Below are positions 29,571 to 38,109 of a DNA stretch of 64,000 nucleotides, one piece after another. Origin of the DNA: Candidatus Shapirobacteria bacterium. GTDB lineage: Bacteria; Patescibacteriota; Microgenomatia; UBA12405. The DNA lies in assembly GCA_041659325.1 (NCBI GenBank), contig JBAZYN010000002.1, forward strand, positions 206,082-270,081, written 5' to 3'. Numbering within the stretch: position 1 is the stretch's first letter; each line of letters opens with the position of its first letter. The notes beneath the pieces are model-generated. The model was not told where the DNA came from, searched no databases, and worked only from the letters and a program-made list of their open reading frames with translations. The position numbers and the translations under genes were made by a program.

Positions 29571-30566
29571 TTATTTGCTGTCTTTGTATTTTTTCTTGAG
29601 CTCTGAGAGTTCTTCTTCGAGTTTTTCGACTTTTTGGGCGTCCTTTTTGGGCGGATTGGTTTGGCCGATCAGTTTTATCAAGATGAGCAAAAGGGCGAGG
29701 GTGGCGACAACCAGGACAATAATCTTCCATGGGATTACCCAGAAGAAAATGGTGGCGGCCAATAGGCCTCCGGCAGTACCATAGCCGGCCTGAAGGTTGG
29801 CTTTGTAGCGACCAAATAACCATTTTTTGCTAAAGGTATTTTCGAAAGTTCGGCTAGTATAGGGGAAAATGTTGGTGTTGTTGAGAGGGAGATTAATGAC
29901 GTTTTTGCCGAAGATATTTGAAATAGCGATGTGGCCAATCGGGTTGATATGGATATCGGAGAGGTTTTTTATGGTGGTAGTGAAATCGACGGGGCCATAT
30001 TCAAGAAAGATGGGGGCGGAAAAATCGGTGATTTGAGCGTCCTGCTTTATGTCTCCGGCGATGGTGATGTAAACAAGAGTACCGACATTGGTCTCGATGG
30101 AAGAGCCGGTGGCATCCAGGACAGCTTCGTTTTGGGGACTGTGAAGAACCATGGCATAGTGACCGCCGGGGATGGCATCGTCGGGAGCCAGGACTGACAA
30201 CATTAATGATTTTGTTTCTCCGGGTTTAAGCTTTATCTGAGAGGGGGAGACCTGAACCCAATTGCTAGCGGCCCAGCGATTTTGGGTTTCATCAGTGGCG
30301 ACCCTTACCGGGGTGCCATCGTCGGTGTTGACAATGAAGTCTGAGGTGATGGTGGTAATAACTCTTTCGGTGGAGGATTCGTTTCGGACTTTGATTTCTC
30401 TGGTGACGACTTCACCCGGATTGAGGGAGATTTCAAGTCGGGGGGGAATAGCGGAAAGGCCAAGGGCGGATTGGGCATTTGCCTGGGTAACCTGTAATTT
30501 GTAACCGGTAATCAGTAACAAAAATAGGGCCAGAATTTGTGATAATTTCTTTTGATTTGTTTTCAT
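29571..30566 (-). CDS. secreted protein with C-terminal TM anchor and Lys/Glu-rich cytoplasmic tail (4-bp overlap with downstream gene)
   Basis: Signal MKTNQKKLSQILALFLLLITG. C-terminal TM FFWVIPWKIIVLVVATLALLLILIKLIG, then KKDAQKVEKLEEELSELKKKYKDSK. Confidence 0.5.
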   Translation of the reverse strand: MKTNQKKLSQILALFLLLITGYKLQVTQANAQSALGLSAIPPRLEISLNPGEVVTREIKVRNESSTERVITTITSDFIVNTDDGTPVRVATDETQNRWAASNWVQVSPSQIKLKPGETKSLMLSVLAPDDAIPGGHYAMVLHSPQNEAVLDATGSSIETNVGTLVYITIAGDIKQDAQITDFSAPIFLEYGPVDFTTTIKNLSDIHINPIGHIAISNIFGKNVINLPLNNTNIFPYTSRTFENTFSKKWLFGRYKANLQAGYGTAGGLLAATIFFWVIPWKIIVLVVATLALLLILIKLIGQTNPPKKDAQKVEKLEEELSELKKKYKDSK

Positions 30567-30608
30567 TTTAATTACAGATTACTAATTACAGATTACCGTT
30601 TACAAATT
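30493..30608. repeat. GTAATCW heptad repeats in both orientations at the gene boundary
   Basis: cctgtaatttgtaaccggtaatcagtaac ... ttaattacagattactaattacagattaccg. Confidence 0.7.
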
Positions 30609-32101
30609 TAAAATGTTGCCGTGGCGGTGTATACCAATTTGCCTTCGTAATTTCCGGCCTCTTGGAAGTTGGTAACCGATAAGCGATAACAAACCCAGGC
30701 GGTTTCGCTGGTAGTGGGCGGACTGGCGCTAGAGAGAATGGTTTGGGCACTGGTGGAGCCTATACCGAAAGATTTGTAGCCTGTGTTGTAATCAAAGATG
30801 GAGGTGCCGACATTAATATTTTCGATTGAATAACCCCACTCTGACCGAGCCGTGTCAACGGCCGTCCAGGCGGCGGCGGTGGTGAATGAACAGCCACCAT
30901 TGCAGTCGGTGTCGGGGATGGTGGTGGTGGTGTTGATATTTTTCATATTATTTTCCTCAAAAACTGTGACGGCATAACCGTTGTCGGCATTGGTGACACA
31001 GGACAGGTGTTGGGCGAGATCGTTGAATACGGACAAGTTTAGAGATCCGAAATTGACAGCGGTAGCGGTAGTGTTGGGAGCGGCGGCGCTTAGAGGGGAA
31101 CCGCAAAGTGAGTCTCCGGCGCTTAGAACTCCGGAAGTGCCGATGGTAAAGGTAAGTGTCGGGTCGACGGTGGCAGTAACACGAACTGCTTCTACCAAGG
31201 CAATTCGGCCGGCGGTGGTGTCGGAGCTATATACTGCACCAGTGCTGTCGGTATGGCGAACGTAATAGAAATATGTGTCTCCGGAAGAATCGGCCTGACC
31301 CGGGGTGTGGCTAGAAGAGGCACTCGGATTAATTAACTGACTGCCGGTGGCGAGGTCTGTTCCAATAACCATGGAGACACCGACATCAACAGGATTGGTG
31401 GTGCCAGCAGCAAGGGCGCATTCGATGATATGAAAGGAACTGGTGGTCGACCCATTGGTAATAACGGCGGTGGTACCGGTGGCGGAAGCGGTAACGCCAA
31501 AAGGACAGGTAATATCGGCAAGGTTAACCCTGGTACCCAGGCCGGTTTGGGTGCCACCGACATCCTGACCGAGGTCAAAACCGTCTTGGTCGGGAATACC
31601 GTCGGCTTCTTTACCGGTGACCGAGGTGGCTTTGATGAGAAACTGCCATTTGTTTCCCGGAGACGTGGATTTGGGGGTGAAATGGACAGTATGGACGGCG
31701 GATCTGGTGGCGACAATGGCAGCACCGGCAAAATTATTGCTAACACCGATGCCGGTATTTAGTTGGATAGAGGCGGTATTACCAATGTCCCGAACTGTAT
31801 AGACGGTCATCGGACCGTTTAGGTCAGCTCCGGTAAAACCGATTGCGATGGTGTCTCCCACGAATAAATTGGAGGTGTTAAGTGATGGGGCGGTGCCAGC
31901 GGTCATTGATACTCTGATAACATTGTCGCCGGCAGAACTTCCGGCGCTAAGCCGGGCAAAATATGAGAGTTGGGAGGTGGAGAGAACGTCCTTGACGTTG
32001 GTGGAGGGGGCGGATTCGAGTTTTTTGGTCCGAGCAAAAAAGAAAAAACAAACGATTAACAGGCAGGAAAAAACGGAGAGCTCACGAATGGTACGTTTCA
32101 T
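30608..32101 (-). CDS. secreted beta-rich protein ending in AGNYE motif (paralogous C-terminus to 38110-38859)
   Basis: Signal MKRTIRELSVFSCLLIVCFFFFA. C-terminus ...VTNFQEAGNYEGKLVYTATATF. Confidence 0.5.
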   Translation of the reverse strand: MKRTIRELSVFSCLLIVCFFFFARTKKLESAPSTNVKDVLSTSQLSYFARLSAGSSAGDNVIRVSMTAGTAPSLNTSNLFVGDTIAIGFTGADLNGPMTVYTVRDIGNTASIQLNTGIGVSNNFAGAAIVATRSAVHTVHFTPKSTSPGNKWQFLIKATSVTGKEADGIPDQDGFDLGQDVGGTQTGLGTRVNLADITCPFGVTASATGTTAVITNGSTTSSFHIIECALAAGTTNPVDVGVSMVIGTDLATGSQLINPSASSSHTPGQADSSGDTYFYYVRHTDSTGAVYSSDTTAGRIALVEAVRVTATVDPTLTFTIGTSGVLSAGDSLCGSPLSAAAPNTTATAVNFGSLNLSVFNDLAQHLSCVTNADNGYAVTVFEENNMKNINTTTTIPDTDCNGGCSFTTAAAWTAVDTARSEWGYSIENINVGTSIFDYNTGYKSFGIGSTSAQTILSSASPPTTSETAWVCYRLSVTNFQEAGNYEGKLVYTATATF

Positions 32102-32218
32102 TTATAAATAGTTATAAAAATGGCAATAATTCCTATACCTTAAAGATAGACCAAGTTATTAACTATTGTCAATGAGTAGGTGGGTAAATTTTATTACAAA
32201 GGGAGTTGGGGCGGGATG

Positions 32219-32792
32219 TGTATTTAATAGGTTGATTTTTAAAGAATATAGGTCTATAATGGGTTATGGCTGAGTATGAAGTTGAGGTGTTGAGAAAAGG
32301 AGAATCTTTGGAGGGGGAAGGAGTTGTCGCTGTAGTTTCTAGTGGAGATCTTTTCGAAATAGATGGAATACGAGTTGATAATTGCTCAAGCCCGACTTCG
32401 GGTGTTATTGGGCAAGTGTGGGTTCCGGAAGGGGGCTTTAGGGTAAGCCTAGAAATGTTCGGGTCGAGGGTAGAAGTTGGTGGGAGGGTCTGTAAAGAAA
32501 AGTGCGTCCGGGGGGCTTAGTTTTAATGAAAATGCAGGTATAGGGGGGCAAGGTGTGGTGGCAGAGATTTTTAGAAGGGGTGAGGTGATTGATCAACAAA
32601 AATCGAAAGGGGAAAGTGTGGTGATGGTTAAAGACTCGCCAGTATCTGTTATTGTAGAAAAACCGAAAGGGGACACAATCGTTTTCAGGTATAGACAAGC
32701 TGTTTGAGGGTTTAATTCTTTGGCAAGGTTGAGAGAGACCGGAGTTTTTTATAAGTGAGGTTGTAGGTGTGTATTTAATAGGTTGATTTTTG
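32219..32792. repeat. 24-bp direct repeats (tgtgtatttaataggttgattttt) bracketing a 550-bp segment with two overlapping small ORFs
   Basis: Copies at 32219-32243 and 32769-32792. ORFs 32266-32520 and 32477-32707 are in adjacent frames and share internal similarity (GVVAVV/GVVAEI). Confidence 0.5.
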
Positions 32793-32826
32793 GTGGTCAA
32801 AAGGATAAAGTAAACGAGTCTAAAAG

Positions 32827-32862
32827 TTAAAAGTCTAAAAGTCGAAAGTATGAAAACATCAA
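32827..32862. repeat. GTCNAAA repeat overlapping the ppdK start codon
   Basis: gtctaaaagttaaaagtctaaaagtcgaaagtatgaaaac. Confidence 0.7.
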
Positions 32863-35597
32863 AAACAGAAAAAATGAAAAAATACGTCTATTTTTTTGGT
32901 AGTGGAAAAGCCGAGGGTGACAAGGATATGAAGTTTATATTGGGCGGAAAAGGGGCAAATTTAGCGGAAATGACAAACTTGGGGATTCCGGTACCGGCGG
33001 GTTTTACGATTTCAACTGAAGTTTGTAAATATTATGCAGAAAGTCTCAAAGTCGAAAAGTCCGAAAGTCTCAAAGTCGAAAAGTCTGAAAGTCTGAAAGC
33101 CGGAAAGTCGGAAGACAGATATCCGAAGGGGCTGGTAGAAGAGGTTGAGGAAGTACTGAAGAAACTGGAAAAAAATACGGGAAAAAGGTTTGGGGATGCA
33201 AAAAATCCGCTTTTGGTATCGGTTCGGTCCGGAGCAGCCGCCTCAATGCCGGGGATGATGGATACTATTTTAAATTTAGGTCTTAATGATAAAGTGGTGG
33301 CGGGAATGATTGAAAAAACCGGAAATGGGCGGTTTGTGTGGGATTCGTACCGAAGATTTATGCAGATGTTTGGCAATGTAGTCGATGGGGTGGAGCATGA
33401 GAAGTTCGAGCATGTGATAACTGAGGTTAAGGCCAAAAAGGGGATAAAGGCCGATACGGAAATGAAAGCCGAGGATTGGCAAGAGGTGGTATCGGGTTAT
33501 AAAAAGATTTACAGAATTGAGAAAGGCAGCGAATTTCCCGAAGATGCCAAAGAGCAGATGTGGCGGGCAATTAATGCGGTTTTTGGGTCGTGGAATAACC
33601 CTAGGGCCAATGTTTACCGCCAACTAAATAAAATCGATGAAAAGAAAATATTTGGGACGGCCGTGAATGTGCAAAGCATGGTGTTTGGAAATATGGGTGA
33701 TGACTGTGGGACGGGGGTGGCATTTACCCGAAATCCCTCAACCGGAGAAAACAAAGCTTACGGAGAATATTTGATGAATGCTCAGGGAGAAGACGTGGTG
33801 GCGGGAATAAGAACGCCAAAGCACTTGGAGTCCCTGAAGGAAGATAACGAGAAGGTGTATGCCCAGTTGATCAACATCTTTGAGAAGTTGGAGAAGCATT
33901 ATAAAGATATGCAGGATGTGGAATTTACGATTGAAAATGGAAATTTGTTTATCCTGCAGACTCGGAACGGCAAGAGAACGGCAGCGGCCATGGTTAGAGT
34001 GGCGTGTGATTTGGTAAAGGAAGGGTTGATTGACGAAAAGACGGCCTTGGTTCGGGTTGAGGCTGACAAGTTAGATCAGTTACTTCACCCGACATTGGAT
34101 GCAAAAGCCAAGGCAAATTTTAAAGTAATAGCCAAGGGGTTACCGGCTAGTCCGGGAGCAGCTTCGGGAAAAGTGGTGTTCAATGCCGAGGCGGCAGTTG
34201 AAGCCAAAGAAAAAGGAGAGAAAGTAATACTGGTTCGTCAGGAAACAAGCCCAGAGGACATTTCGGGAATGAATGCAGCCCAGGGGATTTTGACGGCCAG
34301 GGGCGGGATGACTTCTCATGCGGCAGTAGTGGCCAGAGGTATGGGTAAATGTTGTGTGTCTGGCGCTGAGAACGTAATAGTGCTAGAAGCAGGAAAGATG
34401 TTTAAAGTAGGTGATTTGGTGGTAAATGAGGGGGACATAATAACTCTGGATGGAGGAACAGGCGAAGTGCTTTTGGGCCAAGTACCGACAATGGCGCCCG
34501 AGTTATCGGGATATTTTGAGCAGATTATGAAATGGGCGGATAAGTATCGAAAATTGGGAGTAAGAACCAATGCAGATACACCCAAGGATGCAAAGACAGC
34601 CCGGGAGTTTGGGGCGGAGGGGATCGGGCTTTGCCGAACCGAACATATGTTCTTTGCCGAGGATAGGATTTTTGCGGTCCGCCAGATGATTGTGGCGGAT
34701 ACTTTGGAGCAGAGGGAAGTGGCTCTGAAAAAGATTTTCCCAATGCAAAAAAATGATTTTAAACAATTGTTTGAAATTATGAGGGGGCTGCCGGTGAAAA
34801 TAAGATTATTGGATCCACCGCTTCACGAATTTTTACCTCAAAAGAAAGAGGATGTTGAAGCTTTGGCCAAAGAGATGGGAATAACTACCGAAAAATTGCA
34901 GGAGAAAATAGATTCTTTGCATGAGTTTAATCCAATGATGGGACACAGAGGCTGTAGATTGGGAATTACTTTCCCGGAGATTTTTGTGATGCAGGTAAAG
35001 GCAATAATGACAGCCGCCTGCGAGGTGTCAAAAGAAGGGCAGACACATCGGTCTGCCCATACAATCAAGCCGGAAATCATGATTCCGTTGGTGGGTGATG
35101 TGGAAGAATTGAAGTGGCTTAAGGTCAGATTGGTTCCGGCAATTGAGGAAACCATGAAAGAGATGGGGGTAAAGCTTGACTATGAGATTGGGACAATGAT
35201 TGAGATTCCGAGAGCAGCAGTAACGGCTGATGAGATTGCGGTAGAGGCTGATTTCTTCTCGTTTGGGACGAATGATTTGACCCAGATGACCTATGGATTT
35301 TCGAGAGATGATGCCGGAAAGTTTTTGAAGGATTATATCAGCCAAAAAATATTGGTGGAAGATCCTTTCAAGAGCGTTGATCAGGTGGGAGTAGGTAAAT
35401 TGATGAAAATGGCAGTAGAGCTTGGTAGGGGAACTAAAAAGCATCTGCACGTAGGGATTTGCGGTGAGCAGGGCGGAGATCCTGATACTGTAAAATTTTG
35501 CCATAGAATAGGACTAGATTATGTATCCTGTTCGCCTTATCGGGTGCCGATTGCCAGATTAGCAGCAGCTCAGGCGGCGGTGGAAGAAAAGAAATAA
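32850..35597 (+). CDS. ppdK: pyruvate, phosphate dikinase
   Basis: PEP-utilising phosphohistidine domain GGMTSHAAVVARGMGKCCVSGA. N-terminal ATP-grasp and C-terminal PEP/pyruvate domain (ICGEQGGDP). Carries an in-frame insert ESLKVEKSESLKVEKSESLKAGKSE encoded by the GTCNAAA repeat at 33041-33115. Confidence 0.9.
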   Translation: MKTSKTEKMKKYVYFFGSGKAEGDKDMKFILGGKGANLAEMTNLGIPVPAGFTISTEVCKYYAESLKVEKSESLKVEKSESLKAGKSEDRYPKGLVEEVEEVLKKLEKNTGKRFGDAKNPLLVSVRSGAAASMPGMMDTILNLGLNDKVVAGMIEKTGNGRFVWDSYRRFMQMFGNVVDGVEHEKFEHVITEVKAKKGIKADTEMKAEDWQEVVSGYKKIYRIEKGSEFPEDAKEQMWRAINAVFGSWNNPRANVYRQLNKIDEKKIFGTAVNVQSMVFGNMGDDCGTGVAFTRNPSTGENKAYGEYLMNAQGEDVVAGIRTPKHLESLKEDNEKVYAQLINIFEKLEKHYKDMQDVEFTIENGNLFILQTRNGKRTAAAMVRVACDLVKEGLIDEKTALVRVEADKLDQLLHPTLDAKAKANFKVIAKGLPASPGAASGKVVFNAEAAVEAKEKGEKVILVRQETSPEDISGMNAAQGILTARGGMTSHAAVVARGMGKCCVSGAENVIVLEAGKMFKVGDLVVNEGDIITLDGGTGEVLLGQVPTMAPELSGYFEQIMKWADKYRKLGVRTNADTPKDAKTAREFGAEGIGLCRTEHMFFAEDRIFAVRQMIVADTLEQREVALKKIFPMQKNDFKQLFEIMRGLPVKIRLLDPPLHEFLPQKKEDVEALAKEMGITTEKLQEKIDSLHEFNPMMGHRGCRLGITFPEIFVMQVKAIMTAACEVSKEGQTHRSAHTIKPEIMIPLVGDVEELKWLKVRLVPAIEETMKEMGVKLDYEIGTMIEIPRAAVTADEIAVEADFFSFGTNDLTQMTYGFSRDDAGKFLKDYISQKILVEDPFKSVDQVGVGKLMKMAVELGRGTKKHLHVGICGEQGGDPDTVKFCHRIGLDYVSCSPYRVPIARLAAAQAAVEEKK
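33041..33115. repeat. GTCNAAA ('KSESLK') repeat inserted in-frame in ppdK
   Basis: aagtctcaaagtcgaaaagtccgaaagtctcaaagtcgaaaagtctgaaagtctgaaagccggaaagtcg. Confidence 0.85.
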
Positions 35598-35619
35598 AGC
35601 TCTTGAAGGTGGAATTAAA

Positions 35620-35646
35620 GCCCCGCTTAAACGGCGGGGTTTTTGG
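35620..35646 (+). terminator. rho-independent terminator after ppdK
   Basis: aaagccccgcttaaacggcggggttttt: GC stem, loop and T-tract 23 bp after the stop. Confidence 0.6.
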
Positions 35647-35654
35647 TATGGGTA

Positions 35655-35683
35655 TTGAAATAAATCCTATAATATGATATAAT
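35655..35683 (+). promoter_or_regulatory. candidate promoter (TTGAAA, 17-nt spacer, TATAAT) for lipoprotein gene
   Basis: ttgaaa at 35655-35660 and tataat at 35678-35683. Confidence 0.35.
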
Positions 35684-35795
35684 GGGGGTGTTCTTTAAGT
35701 ACCTTAAAAACTGATGCCAGACAAGTGGTTTTTCCGGTCCAAAAGTGAAAAATCAGGTATTTTTTACTTTTGGGTCGTGAAAGATCACTTATGTT

Positions 35796-36377
35796 ATGAA
35801 AAAGGAGATGATTGTGAAGAAGCGCTATGTTTTGCTATTCGTCGCGCTGCTGGCTATGTTGGTGGTTGGGTGTGAGGTTACTCCGGGTGTTGCGCCTGCG
35901 CCTGTGCCTGCAGACACCCTCGAAGGGATGACTGAAGCGGAAGTCGAGGTTGTGCCGACGATAGTGTTGGTGCAACTGCCACTCGAGTCATTTCCGGACG
36001 ATGCACTCTGGAGTTTGACCGTGGAGATTGTAGACTCTACCGAGGGTACGGTTTGGGATGAGGCGCGAGGTCAGCGCAGATCTGGGGATTTTGCCATTTC
36101 TGTGTTTGGGTGGGAAAAAGGATATATTCTCTACCCTTGGGATGGGAATACCCGTATTGGCGCGGTGAAGCAGGTAGAGGTCGATTTTGGTCTTGTTCCA
36201 AGCATCCGTGAAGAGGATAAGACGTATATCACAGAAGCGCTTTCGCGGATTGCGGGGACCAACGATATGGGAATCCAAGACCTGGTGTGGAAGGTCACGA
36301 ATGCGACCTATACGGACGAAGGTCTAAGCATGAACCTGGTGTTCTTCTCTCTTGAGGGGAGGAAACCAGCGAACTAG
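35796..36377 (+). CDS. lipoprotein (lipobox VVGC) of unknown function; GC-rich, atypical codon usage, probable foreign origin
   Basis: MKKEMIVKKRYVLLFVALLAMLVVGC signal plus lipobox. The gene is visibly about 50%+ GC with GCG/CGC/CTG codons, against an AT-rich background. Confidence 0.55.
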   Translation: MKKEMIVKKRYVLLFVALLAMLVVGCEVTPGVAPAPVPADTLEGMTEAEVEVVPTIVLVQLPLESFPDDALWSLTVEIVDSTEGTVWDEARGQRRSGDFAISVFGWEKGYILYPWDGNTRIGAVKQVEVDFGLVPSIREEDKTYITEALSRIAGTNDMGIQDLVWKVTNATYTDEGLSMNLVFFSLEGRKPAN

Positions 36378-36525
36378 TTCGGCGGGCGCAGTCTGGCGTT
36401 AGGAGGTCCGGAAGAGGGCAAAGGAGAAGGTGGGAAGCGCTACGCTTTCTATTTTTGATTTTGTTTCTCTTCCGGGCCGGTGTGTGTGTTTTTCTTTTTT
36501 CTGTTTTAAAAAGATGATTTTTTAA

Positions 36526-37173
36526 TTGGGAAAAGAGAAAAAATTTAAATCACCCTTTTTTAACGCTCCCCTGTCAAGGGGAGCTGTCCGTAGGACTGAG
36601 GGGTTTGAGATTAAAACCCCTTTTGTGTTTAAACCCTGTCCTAACCTTTCCCTTGACAGGTCAAGGCATAATATGTCATCTTCTCCCTATCAAGAGGAGG
36701 ATTTAAAATTCAAACCCCTCTTGTATTCTCCCCTTGACAGGGGAGAAAATGGGACGGGGATGAAAACCGGTATTATTTTTGAGGCTAAAACTAAAAAATA
36801 TCATTTGAAATATAGGGATTCTTTAACATGGGCAGCAAAAAATAATCGTAAAAATGAAACAGAAAGTGAAAAATTATTATGGAATAAGTTATTGAGGAAA
36901 AAGAATTTAGGTTATAAATTTACCAGACAAAAACCAATAAACAGGTTTATCGTTGATTTTTATTGTTCTGAATTAAGTTTAGCTATTGAAATAGACGGTG
37001 ATTCTCATAACCTTAGGAAGGACAGAGATAGTCTAAGAGATAAATATTTATATACCTGTGGAATTAAAACGTTAAGAATAAGCGATAAGGATGTGATAAA
37101 TGATATTGGAAAAGTAGAAAAAGAAATTAATGAATTTATTAGATGCTCCCCTGTCAAGGGGAGCTGTCCGTAG
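36526..37173 (+). CDS. DUF559 (Vsr-like endonuclease fold) domain protein; true start probably near 36760 (upstream part of ORF is repeat-encoded)
   Basis: LLWNKLLRKKNLGYKFTRQKPINRFIVDFYCSELSLAIEIDGDSHNLRKDRDSLRDKYLYTCGIKTLRISDKDV is the typical DUF559 core. Confidence 0.6.
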   Translation: MGKEKKFKSPFFNAPLSRGAVRRTEGFEIKTPFVFKPCPNLSLDRSRHNMSSSPYQEEDLKFKPLLYSPLDRGENGTGMKTGIIFEAKTKKYHLKYRDSLTWAAKNNRKNETESEKLLWNKLLRKKNLGYKFTRQKPINRFIVDFYCSELSLAIEIDGDSHNLRKDRDSLRDKYLYTCGIKTLRISDKDVINDIGKVEKEINEFIRCSPVKGSCP

Positions 37174-37187
37174 GACTGAGGGGTTTG
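36565..37187 (+). mobile_element. DUF559 gene bracketed by identical 43-bp direct repeats (gctcccctgtcaaggggagctgtccgtaggactgaggggtttg), with extra partial copies inside
   Basis: Copies at 36565-36607 and 37145-37187. Related hairpin fragments at 36640-36665 and 36722-36748. A homologous copy lies in-frame in leuS (56085-56180). Confidence 0.5.
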
Positions 37188-37249
37188 GAGGTAGGGTTTG
37201 CCGGTCGACAGGGGAAGGGTTTGGGGTAAGGTTCGAAGTGGGGGTAGAT

Positions 37250-38107
37250 TTAGGAACGTGTAACACTGCCATGCTTTGCTCGTAATGACGATTGGGTTTT
37301 GATGATGAAGATTAGTGCAGGGATAATCAGCAAAATCAGCAGGGAAAAAGGAAAGACAAAAAAGGTAGTAGAAAAGGACTTGGCGGAAATGGAGGGGTCA
37401 AAGTTGATGGTGGCGGTATAAGCACCCGGCCAAAAGGGAGGGGAGATGGTACAACTTTCCTGGCACTGGAGATTACGGCGGTGGTTTGAAAGGACATTGA
37501 GAGGGCTCAGCTCGATTCTTTTGATGACGAGGCCATTTTTGGAAATAGTAAGGTCACCGATAGTTTTAAAATAGAAGCCGGAGTCATTTCTAATTTGAGC
37601 CGAGAAGGTAACAGGGGTGAAGAAAATATCTTTTATTTTTGGGGTGGCTTTAAAGTTATCAACAGAAATATCGGTGGCGGGGTTTTCGGTTTGGGAAACG
37701 GAGAGAAGGATATGAGACCCGATTTTACCCGAAGTTCCGGAAAAAGAACCAGAGGTAGCAGAGGTTTGTCGCTGCGAGATAAAAAAGGTGTAGTAATAAT
37801 CACCAAGGTTGGCATCGGGGGCAACTTCAATTTTGAGGACAAGTTGACGGGTGGATTTTGGCATCAGGACAAAGGGGCTATCAAGCCGGTTATCCTGATT
37901 GGTTAGGGAAAACTGAAGGTAATTGGTGGAAGCGACGTTGTCGTAGGTGACGGAACCGTCGGGTCCGGTTGGTTTCCAGGGGAGGACAGAGGCGTCGACG
38001 GCAAGGCTGGTGTTGGAGTTATTGGTGACGTTATAAACCTGAGTAATGACACCACCGGGGAGAACGACGAATTCGGTTTGGGCTGGTTTTAGGGTAATAT
38101 CAAACAT
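37250..38107 (-). CDS. hypothetical protein with C-terminal TM anchor
   Basis: C-terminal FFVFPFSLLILLIIPALIFIIKT. No N-terminal signal is evident. There is a 2-bp gap to the upstream gene. Confidence 0.45.
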   Translation of the reverse strand: MFDITLKPAQTEFVVLPGGVITQVYNVTNNSNTSLAVDASVLPWKPTGPDGSVTYDNVASTNYLQFSLTNQDNRLDSPFVLMPKSTRQLVLKIEVAPDANLGDYYYTFFISQRQTSATSGSFSGTSGKIGSHILLSVSQTENPATDISVDNFKATPKIKDIFFTPVTFSAQIRNDSGFYFKTIGDLTISKNGLVIKRIELSPLNVLSNHRRNLQCQESCTISPPFWPGAYTATINFDPSISAKSFSTTFFVFPFSLLILLIIPALIFIIKTQSSLRAKHGSVTRS

Positions 38108-38109
38108 AG

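Noticed and set aside
31333-31802. ORFs 31333-31746 (-), 31430-31762 (+) and 31617-31802 (+) within gene 30608-32101
   Set aside because: Off-frame or antisense, Pro/Gly low-complexity. The signal-peptide-bearing 497-aa frame is preferred.
33032-34766. Minus-strand ORFs inside ppdK (33032-33436, 33276-33623, 34316-34585, 34503-34766, 34525-34743)
   Set aside because: Antisense to a high-confidence conserved gene.
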